IMG/VR virus record: IMGVR_UViG_3300034047_000005 | Location: 1-6,176 of that record | Origin: a virus | Strand: one strand, 5' to 3' | DNA: 6,176 bases | Shown: one piece after another, positions 1 through 4,655 of the stretch | Layout of the letters: the number at the start of each line of letters is the position of its first letter | Position numbering within the stretch: position 1 is the stretch's first letter | Position numbers and translations under genes: made by a program | Notes under the pieces: model-generated | Told to the model about the DNA's origin: nothing | What the model saw: only the letters and a program-made list of their open reading frames with translations | Database searches by the model: none

Positions 1-94
1 AAAGCGTCGAGCGCGCAGGACGCAGCACCACGCGACGCCCGCACCGCCCCGTGAAGGTCACCAGCAGCAACGCAGGAAGCACGCTCACGCAGGA
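1..94. repeat. Terminal redundancy (wrap-around of a circular molecule), copy 1
   Basis: Identical base for base to 6083-6176, checked by direct comparison. Confidence 0.95.
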
Positions 95-233
95 ACCGCT
101 CACAGGTGCGCGCTTCCAGCAGAACGATATTCTCGCGGGCTTGAGCCTCACGAGCTCGCGCCCGGACGAACGACGAGACAGACAACCCGAGCGAGCCGAG
201 CGCGACGCAGAGAACCAGAGATGCCAGAACCAT
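1..233 (-). CDS. 5' part of a junction-spanning 88-aa ORF: hypothetical small membrane protein upstream of and coupled to rep
   Basis: ATG at 233-231 is preceded by AAGGGG with a 6-nt spacer. My hand translation is MVLASLVLCVALGSLGLSVSSFVRARAREAQARENIVLLEARTCERFLRERASCVAAGDLHGAVRASRGAASCALDAFRVAASRRSAA. It runs off the window start and continues at 6082 down to a TGA at 6051-6049. The N-terminus is hydrophobic. Only about 8 percent of codons end in A, as in the other phage genes. It is absent from the ORF track because the window splits it. Confidence 0.45.
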   Translation of the reverse strand, partial: MVLASLVLCVALGSLGLSVSSFVRARAREAQARENIVLLEARTCERFLRERASCVAAGDLHGAVRASRGAASCALDA

Positions 234-249
234 GGAAAACCCCTTTTTC

Positions 250-267
250 GTCAATTCACCTTGAACA
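250..267. promoter_or_regulatory. Candidate operator, motif copy 1: GTCAA-ttcacc-TTGAACA
   Basis: It shares 12 fixed positions with 305-322. The core is the inverted repeat TCAA-N6-TTGA. Confidence 0.3.
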
Positions 268-280
268 GCGAATATCGCGC

Positions 281-309
281 ATACTGCACACCGAAACACC
301 CACTGTCAA
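281..309 (-). promoter_or_regulatory. Putative sigma70-type promoter for the ORF88-rep operon
   Basis: On the minus strand, TTGACA (309-304) is followed by a 17-nt spacer and CAGTAT (286-281). This would give a leader of about 40 nt to the ATG at 233. The -10 matches consensus at only 3 of 6 positions. Confidence 0.35.
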
Positions 310-322
310 GAGGTTTTGAACA
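305..322. promoter_or_regulatory. Candidate operator, motif copy 2: GTCAA-gaggtt-TTGAACA
   Basis: Same motif 55 bp from copy 1. It overlaps the minus-strand -35 (TTGAC is the reverse complement of GTCAA) and the SD and start codon of the HTH gene. Confidence 0.3.
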
Positions 323-624
323 TGACCGCCGCCATCGAACTACTTGACAAATACAAGCAGGTGTGCGGGATAGATACGGACATGGCCGCAGCCGACCGTC
401 TTGGGCTTGTGCGCGCAACCATCAGCATGTGGCGACACGGAAAAACGCACCCGAGCGCGCACACCGTCCGGGCTATGTGCGAGGCGTGCGGAGAGGTAAC
501 GATCGAATGGCTGCCGAGGATCGAGGCGGCCCGAACATCGAACCCGGAAAGCAAGGCCGCATGGTTGAGCGTGACGAAGGACGCAATCCGCGCACGCATC
601 GCACCAACGCGAAGGCATGGCTAA
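322..624 (+). CDS. Cro/CI-type helix-turn-helix transcriptional regulator, putative phage immunity or lysogeny repressor (100 aa)
   Basis: The segment AAADRLGLVRATISMWRHGKTHPS fits the classic HTH pattern (LG-hydrophobic-x-x-x-T-I/V-S-x-W-x-x-G-K-x-x-P). It is the only gene on the plus strand and is divergent from rep. AAGAGG at 308-313 lies 8 nt before the ATG at 322. The ORF track starts it at a TTG at 316, which I consider less likely. Stop is TAA at 622-624. Confidence 0.8.
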   Translation: MTAAIELLDKYKQVCGIDTDMAAADRLGLVRATISMWRHGKTHPSAHTVRAMCEACGEVTIEWLPRIEAARTSNPESKAAWLSVTKDAIRARIAPTRRHG

Positions 625-946
625 ACCTACGGTTTAACCACACACCTAAAGCGCCCTGCAAGACGCTCAACTTACTCCAAAGGTTTTGTGCAAAGGCTAC
701 GCCTTTACACCCGAGCATCGAGAAAGCGCGCCCATAGTCTGCCGGTCTATACCGGGACAGCACGCGGCCAGACACAGCGACCTTAAAAGCGGGTTTGGCA
801 GGGAGGTATGTGCCTAAAGAATTACCTGCTCGGAACTTGGCCAACAGGACACCGCTACGCATGAACTCCGATCGGTGGCCAAATACAAGATACCGTCCGG
901 GACTACCGGAGAGGCGAAACTACAAGGGCCGCCGACAGCGGCACAA

Positions 947-979
947 TGTCCGCTAGTTGGCCTGGCACAAAAGCGGACA
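947..979 (-). terminator. Possible weak terminator or structured element just after the zot stop
   Basis: An 8-bp perfect stem (tgtccgct at 947-954 pairing with agcggaca at 972-979) encloses a 17-nt loop. In the minus sense it is followed by TTGTGCC. The U-tract is poor and the loop is large. Confidence 0.25.
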
Positions 980-980
980 C
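959..980. repeat. Partial third copy of the 82-bp repeat: ggcctgg-N5-aagcggacac
   Basis: 18 of 22 positions match 3901-3922 with the same internal spacing. It abuts the zot stop codon (982-984). Confidence 0.4.
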
Positions 981-981
981 G

Positions 982-2067
982 CTACCGACTCTCAGCGAAG
1001 GAATCCGGAGAACCGAAACCAGCCGACGCCGGAGGGACGTACACCGAACGCCCCACACCACGCGCCGCACCGGGAACACCGGCAAGAGGCCGAGGAACGA
1101 ACGGCGCCGGTTCCGACGAGGTTTGCACAGGTGGAGGCGGCACCTGCTGCACAGGTTGACGCGTAGGGTTGTACACACCATCCCGAGCGATAGCGCGGCA
1201 CATCTTCACTTCAACGATGTACTTCGTCCCCTGTTCCGTGATGCAGGAACACCCGCCGTCCTCGACAGCTATGCAGTAAATTTCAGGGTTGGAAGCGATG
1301 GAACGACCATCGAAGGCGGGAGCCGTCCACGGCTGACCGGCAAGACGAGGACGCACCCACGAGGCGATATCTTCAGGCCGCTTGAGTTGTGGCTGATCCG
1401 CAAATCCCGAACGCTGCGCGCTCGCGCTTTGCGCGGTAGGCGCCGGAGTTGGAGGTTGGAAAAACGACATGACCCGGTTGTACATGAGCGCAATGGCAAT
1501 CAACAACACCGGGATCGCAAAATAAAACCAAGGGATCTTGCGCTGTGTTGTGTCCTCCACGGTCGATTCATAGAGGTTGCGTTCCATGATCTTTTGCGGG
1601 AATGACCACAGCTTCTTTGTGTCGGAGCTGCCGACATTAGGCGAGAACTTATCCCACCACAGGATGACCGACTTTTTAAGCCCGAACTTGCGGCGCACAT
1701 GCTCATGACGCTCGACAAGCCCGAGCAGAAAGCCGTCAATCTGCTTTTGAGCCTGCTGCGCAATCAGGATGAAATCAAAGCCCCGGTGACGATGCGTAGC
1801 CATCGCCTGCACATGCGGCGGAACCTTGGACGCACCCGAGCGCTGCGGAAAAACGGTATAACACTCGTCGAGCACAATCACCGAGCGATCAGGTAAATCT
1901 TCCCACTTCGTCGGGTCGTCAAGCTCACGAAACCCCGCTTTGTTGAAGTCCAGACCACGGATGCCGTGTGCATAGACTTCGCGCCCCTTTTCCACGAACT
2001 CAACAGCCAGCTGCACAGCGCGCAGTGTCTTACCGTGTCCGGGCTGCCCCGTGATTAGGTAAATCAT
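982..2067 (-). CDS. zot: Zot-like / pI-type phage assembly ATPase (361 aa)
   Basis: The N-terminus MIYLITGQPGHGKT carries a Walker A motif, and VIVLDEC is a Walker B motif. A single TM segment (IPWFYFAIPVLLIAIALMY) follows at about residues 178-196. The C-terminal part has 4 Cys and a Pro-rich tail. It is the last gene of the structural operon, and its start overlaps the upstream stop as ATGA. Confidence 0.93.
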   Translation of the reverse strand: MIYLITGQPGHGKTLRAVQLAVEFVEKGREVYAHGIRGLDFNKAGFRELDDPTKWEDLPDRSVIVLDECYTVFPQRSGASKVPPHVQAMATHRHRGFDFILIAQQAQKQIDGFLLGLVERHEHVRRKFGLKKSVILWWDKFSPNVGSSDTKKLWSFPQKIMERNLYESTVEDTTQRKIPWFYFAIPVLLIAIALMYNRVMSFFQPPTPAPTAQSASAQRSGFADQPQLKRPEDIASWVRPRLAGQPWTAPAFDGRSIASNPEIYCIAVEDGGCSCITEQGTKYIVEVKMCRAIARDGVYNPTRQPVQQVPPPPVQTSSEPAPFVPRPLAGVPGAARGVGRSVYVPPASAGFGSPDSFAESR

Positions 2068-2351
2068 CGCTGCACCGCCCGGAAAATCATTTTCCCGGTG
2101 CGAGCAGCGACCATCGCGGACAGAATCATGGTCACGACGACGTCACCACCAATCGCGCCGAACGCTTGATAAAGATCGGAACCCATCGCGCCAGCGTACT
2201 GCTTGACATAGGACAGCAGAGCCGGAAGGGCAAACGCGGTTGTTGTCGCCGTGATCCCGAGCGTAATGAGGATTTTGAGAACCCATTGCCCGGCATAGGT
2301 GGCAACAAGCCACGTCAGGCCGCGCAGCAACAGCGCAATAATCGCTGGCAT
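2064..2351 (-). CDS. pVI-like small integral membrane protein, putative minor coat or assembly protein (95 aa)
   Basis: It has several hydrophobic segments and sits between the pIII-like gene and zot, as in many inoviruses. Its start overlaps the pIII-like stop as TAATG, and its stop overlaps the zot start as ATGA. Confidence 0.65.
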   Translation of the reverse strand: MPAIIALLLRGLTWLVATYAGQWVLKILITLGITATTTAFALPALLSYVKQYAGAMGSDLYQAFGAIGGDVVVTMILSAMVAARTGKMIFRAVQR

Positions 2352-3769
2352 TATTCAGAACTCCCGGCAAGAATTTTCAACGAAACGAACGCACCAAAAA
2401 CCAACATGATCGAGTGAATGAGCGCAAGCCAGCGGCAGAAAAAATCCTGATATTGCGACATATCGAACATCGTCCCGTTGGCCTCTCGGAAGATGAAAGG
2501 ACACGACGAACCGACCCACCCGGACGAATCCAAACCGGTAGCGTCAACCGTCTTTTCCTTGAACACCGAGCCAAGGGAAGACTCCTCCACGCCGTAGCCG
2601 TCACCATCACCTGGCTTAACTTGCGTCCAATCAGGCTGGCCGTTCCCGTCAGCGTCAACAATCGACGCACCACAGCGCAGAAGCCACGTCTGGGTGACCA
2701 CGCCGCACGTAGGCGCATCACCCGAGCAGACCGGAGGACTATTGCAATTGCCGCCGCCCGCCATGCTCCCTTTGCCCTTGTCTTTGTCGCCGCCGTCAGG
2801 ATCGCCGCCCGGAGTGCCGCCCGTAGAGCCCGAAGGCGCAGGGTTAGGCCCAGCGTCACCGTGTCCCTGACCGCTTGAGGTTGGCCCATTGCCAGACGAA
2901 TAGACGTTAACCACGGTGGTTCCGGTTGACGTAGAAGGCTCACCCGACGCGCCGCCGGTAGTTGTGCCGGTGGTGTACCTGTCAGAAGTATTTATTTCGG
3001 AAACGGGGTCACTGATCGGAGTAGCCGGAGGCGGAGCAGGAAGCGGAGGCGGAGCGCCCGCGCAGATGGTGGAGCCGTCACCGTTCACGCAGCCGCCCGT
3101 GGGCGTGTCACCCGCGCCAGTGCCAGCACCACGCGCAGCGTCCCCAGAAATGCAGGTCTTAGCACCGCCCGCCGCATAGCAATACGTGTCAGTGCCGGGG
3201 TCGTAGCAAGTACCCTCACCGCAGACCGCCGGAGGCGCGGAAGGCTCGCCGTCACCGTCACCCGTACCACCACCCAGCTCAGGCAGGCCCGGAGGACAGG
3301 CGCCGCCCGTGGGGAACCACTCACCCTCACCCAGACGATCAGTGCCGTTGGAATTCGTCTCACCGCCGCCGAGGTAGTACTTACAACCCTCATTGCAAAC
3401 AACCGCCGTCCCGCTCTGACCTTTCAGCAGCGCCCAGCCCACAATCGGAGGCGCGCTCGAACTGCAAACGAGAGGCGGAATCACGAAATTTATAAGATGG
3501 TCATGGGTCGAAGACCCGTCTTTCATATCCCCATAGCCCTTCGCGACGATCTGATTCCCACCACCATCGACACCGCCGCCGCCCTCACAGCTTGGGTTTT
3601 CCCACTTCGTGATAAACATACCGATCCAGCGAGAAGTCTGGCCGCAGAGCGCCAAAGCCTCCTCACGCGTCGGTGCGCTTTCCGTGTCCACAGCCCGCGC
3701 CGGCGACACAGCAAACACAGCCGCCAGCGCGAGCAGGAACCCAACAACGCGAGCCCTCACGAGAAGCAC
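2351..3769 (-). CDS. pIII-like adsorption / minor coat protein (about 469-472 aa)
   Basis: There is a signal peptide (RARVVGFLLALAAVFAVSPARA, then VD), 18 Cys by my count, long Gly/Pro/Thr/Ser linkers and a C-terminal hydrophobic anchor (WLALIHSIMLVFGAFVSLKIL). It is the largest structural gene and lies downstream of the major coat gene. The start is uncertain: GTG at 3769 or GTG at 3760. Neither has a clear SD. Confidence 0.8.
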   Translation of the reverse strand: MLLVRARVVGFLLALAAVFAVSPARAVDTESAPTREEALALCGQTSRWIGMFITKWENPSCEGGGGVDGGGNQIVAKGYGDMKDGSSTHDHLINFVIPPLVCSSSAPPIVGWALLKGQSGTAVVCNEGCKYYLGGGETNSNGTDRLGEGEWFPTGGACPPGLPELGGGTGDGDGEPSAPPAVCGEGTCYDPGTDTYCYAAGGAKTCISGDAARGAGTGAGDTPTGGCVNGDGSTICAGAPPPLPAPPPATPISDPVSEINTSDRYTTGTTTGGASGEPSTSTGTTVVNVYSSGNGPTSSGQGHGDAGPNPAPSGSTGGTPGGDPDGGDKDKGKGSMAGGGNCNSPPVCSGDAPTCGVVTQTWLLRCGASIVDADGNGQPDWTQVKPGDGDGYGVEESSLGSVFKEKTVDATGLDSSGWVGSSCPFIFREANGTMFDMSQYQDFFCRWLALIHSIMLVFGAFVSLKILAGSSE

Positions 3770-3816
3770 AGCCAGAGCGCCGGCAGAATACCCATCATCA
3801 CAAAATAGCCTTCCAT
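3757..3816 (-). CDS. Tentative 19-aa upstream ORF (MEGYFVMMGILPALWLCFS) coupled to the pIII-like gene
   Basis: The ATG at 3816 is preceded by GGAGAG with a 4-nt spacer (GGAG 6 nt upstream). The TGA at 3759-3757 overlaps the GTG at 3760-3758 as GTGA. It is too short to assign a function and could be chance. Confidence 0.2.
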   Translation of the reverse strand: MEGYFVMMGILPALWLCFS

Positions 3817-3841
3817 ACAGCTCTCCACGTCAACAACGAAA

Positions 3842-3923
3842 GTCAACAGCGCAGGAAAGGGCAAGCCCTCTCCTGCACCTCTCATCATCCAAAACGAAAC
3901 GGCCTGGACAACAAGCGGACACA
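3842..3923. repeat. 82-bp intergenic direct repeat, copy 1 (between the coat terminator and the pIII-like gene)
   Basis: 78 of 82 positions are identical to 4523-4604 with no indels. The mismatches are at 3849, 3885, 3887 and 3901. It contains the hairpin at 3851-3876. Confidence 0.95.
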
Positions 3924-3925
3924 GA

Positions 3926-3956
3926 AAGCCCGGAGGCGCCGACCGCCTCCGGGCTT
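3926..3956 (-). terminator. Rho-independent terminator downstream of the major coat gene
   Basis: A perfect 13-bp GC-rich stem (aagcccggaggcg with cgcctccgggctt) encloses a 5-nt loop. It begins 7 nt after the coat stop. In the minus sense it is followed by TTTCTGTGT. The position is analogous to the strong terminator after gene VIII in Ff phages. Confidence 0.7.
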
Positions 3957-3962
3957 GTAGGG

Positions 3963-4172
3963 TCAGCCCTTGGCGCTGCGCTTCACCATCGAGATCAGCA
4001 ACACCACACCGACCAGACCCAGCACGATCCCGCCGACGATCAGAATCTCGCCCTTGCCATCAGCAAGTTCGGTCGTGATCGCAGCGGACAAGTCACCAGC
4101 AGCCGCGAAGGCACTGGACGAAACCACAGCGGCAGTAGCAGCAGCCGCCAGAACACCGATACGCTTGAACAT
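3963..4172 (-). CDS. Major coat protein precursor, pVIII-like (69 aa, predicted 46-aa mature form)
   Basis: The sequence is MFKRIGVLAAAATAAVVSSSAFA, then AAGDLSAAITTELADGKGEILIVGGIVLGLVGVVLLISMVKRSAKG. It shows a signal peptide ending in an AxA site, an acidic N-terminus, a hydrophobic core and a basic C-terminus. The SD GGGAG lies 7 nt upstream, and a strong terminator follows. Confidence 0.88.
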   Translation of the reverse strand: MFKRIGVLAAAATAAVVSSSAFAAAGDLSAAITTELADGKGEILIVGGIVLGLVGVVLLISMVKRSAKG

Positions 4173-4204
4173 TTTGAAACTCCCAGAAATGACCGGAGGT
4201 AGAA

Positions 4205-4414
4205 TTACCCCCGCGCCGTGTGCCGCAAAGTCCGGATTACAAAGCCAATGGCCCAGACCGCCCCGATAGCGCCGGAGATGGCCAAGCCCTCAGCCGCAGA
4301 GAGAACCGGAAAGCCCCCCACAGTGTTCGGAACCCACTGAATCACCGAGCAGTGACCTGTCGTTAGGTCTAAATCCACAGAGGAACAGACGGCCTTAAAT
4401 TCAGCGGTTTCCAT
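4205..4414 (-). CDS. Small membrane protein with a coat-like C-terminus, putative minor coat protein (69 aa from the ATG at 4414)
   Basis: The sequence is METAEFKAVCSSVDLDLTTGHCSVIQWVPNTVGGFPVLSAAEGLAISGAIGAVWAIGFVIRTLRHTARG. It has a C-terminal TM segment and a basic tail. AAGGTGA lies just upstream of the ATG at 4414. The ORF-track start at 4456 is a TTG with no SD. It sits between the gV-like and gVIII-like genes, where Ff carries gVII and gIX. Confidence 0.55.
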   Translation of the reverse strand: METAEFKAVCSSVDLDLTTGHCSVIQWVPNTVGGFPVLSAAEGLAISGAIGAVWAIGFVIRTLRHTARG

Positions 4415-4522
4415 CACATCACCTTGTCTTGTCGCAGCACCCAAGCGCACGCGCAAAAGCTCCTATCGTCGCGTTTACACGTGCACTTGGGCGCCGCTCT
4501 AACCCTTGTCGCCGTCAGCACA

Positions 4523-4604
4523 CCCGCCGACGGTCAACATCGCAGGAAAGGGCAAGCCCTCTCCTGCACCTCTCACCTTCCAAAACGAAACAGCCTGGAC
4601 AACA
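4523..4604. repeat. 82-bp intergenic direct repeat, copy 2 (between the gV-like gene and the 69-aa membrane protein gene)
   Basis: 78 of 82 positions are identical to 3842-3923, offset 681 bp. It contains the hairpin at 4532-4557. Confidence 0.95.
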
Positions 4605-4655
4605 AGCGGACACAACCGAGCAGGAAGAACAACCAGCCCAGCAGACCGCCCCGCC

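Larger units (their letters stand above)
234..321. promoter_or_regulatory. 88-bp divergent control region between the ORF88-rep operon (minus) and the HTH regulator gene (plus)
   Basis: This is the only divergent intergenic region in the genome. It contains both ribosome-binding sites, a consensus -35 on the minus strand and a duplicated 18-bp motif. Confidence 0.6.
625..981. other. Large non-coding region between convergent gene ends; candidate site for replication origin, packaging signal or attachment site
   Basis: No credible ORF is present. Short hairpins lie at 622-636 (taaacc-tac-ggttta), 688-710 (gtg-c-aaaggc-tac-gccttt-a-cac), 744-757 (ccggt-ctat-accgg), 896-910 (tccgg-gacta-ccgga), 931-942 (gccg-acag-cggc) and 947-979. 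There is an 8-bp palindrome TTGGCCAA at 837-844. Confidence 0.5.

Noticed and set aside
71-103. Short tandem repeat gcaggaagcacgctcac / gcaggaaccgctcac, with the 8-mer cgcaggaa also starting the hairpin of the 82-bp repeats
   Set aside because: It lies inside the 88-aa ORF, where it encodes ERFLRER. It is short and imperfect. The shared 8-mer between two repeat families could easily be chance, so it is kept only as a note for origin or iteron searches.
274-290. The segment atcGCGCATActgcaca resembles the XerC-binding arm of a dif site (GGTGCGCATAA)
   Set aside because: Only about 7 nt match. No XerD arm (TTATGTTAAAT-like) follows at the correct spacing. This is too weak to call an attP or dif site.
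316-321. Start codons given by the ORF track: TTG at 316 for the HTH gene and TTG at 4456 for the 83-aa ORF
   Set aside because: In both cases an ATG slightly downstream (322 and 4414) has a properly spaced SD, AAGAGG and AAGGTGA respectively. The shorter versions were reported instead.
51-347. 98-aa plus ORF upstream of and overlapping the HTH gene
   Set aside because: It has a GTG start with no SD and a featureless polar sequence. It is exactly antisense to the better-supported junction-spanning minus ORF and overlaps the regulator's start.
473-862. 129-aa minus ORF, plus ORFs 306..599 -, 340..618 - and 363..737 +
   Set aside because: They are antisense or out of frame relative to the HTH regulator gene, which has a clear HTH motif and SD. 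They extend into hairpin-rich non-coding DNA.
1585-1587. Internal in-frame Met161 of Zot just before the TM segment, as a possible pXI-like restart analogous to Ff gene XI
   Set aside because: No SD-like sequence precedes it (CCGCAAAAGATC-ATG). The sequence gives no support beyond position.
875-1605. Plus-strand ORFs 875..1159, 946..1605 and 957..1166, and minus-strand alternative-frame ORFs 903..1181, 992..1201, 1269..1499 and 1500..1763
   Set aside because: All overlap the zot gene, whose Walker motifs fix the real frame. The translations are Arg/Pro-rich with no recognisable features.
2143-4269. Many ORFs overlapping the pVI-like, pIII-like and coat genes (for example 2377..2943 -, 2414..2878 +, 2916..3179 +, 3085..3402 -, 3497..3808 +, 3609..4202 +, 3970..4269 +)
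   Set aside because: They are alternative-frame or antisense shadows of genes with clear signal-peptide, TM or coat features. Their composition is Arg/Ala/Pro-biased and they have no ribosome-binding sites. Several also run through the terminator and the repeat.
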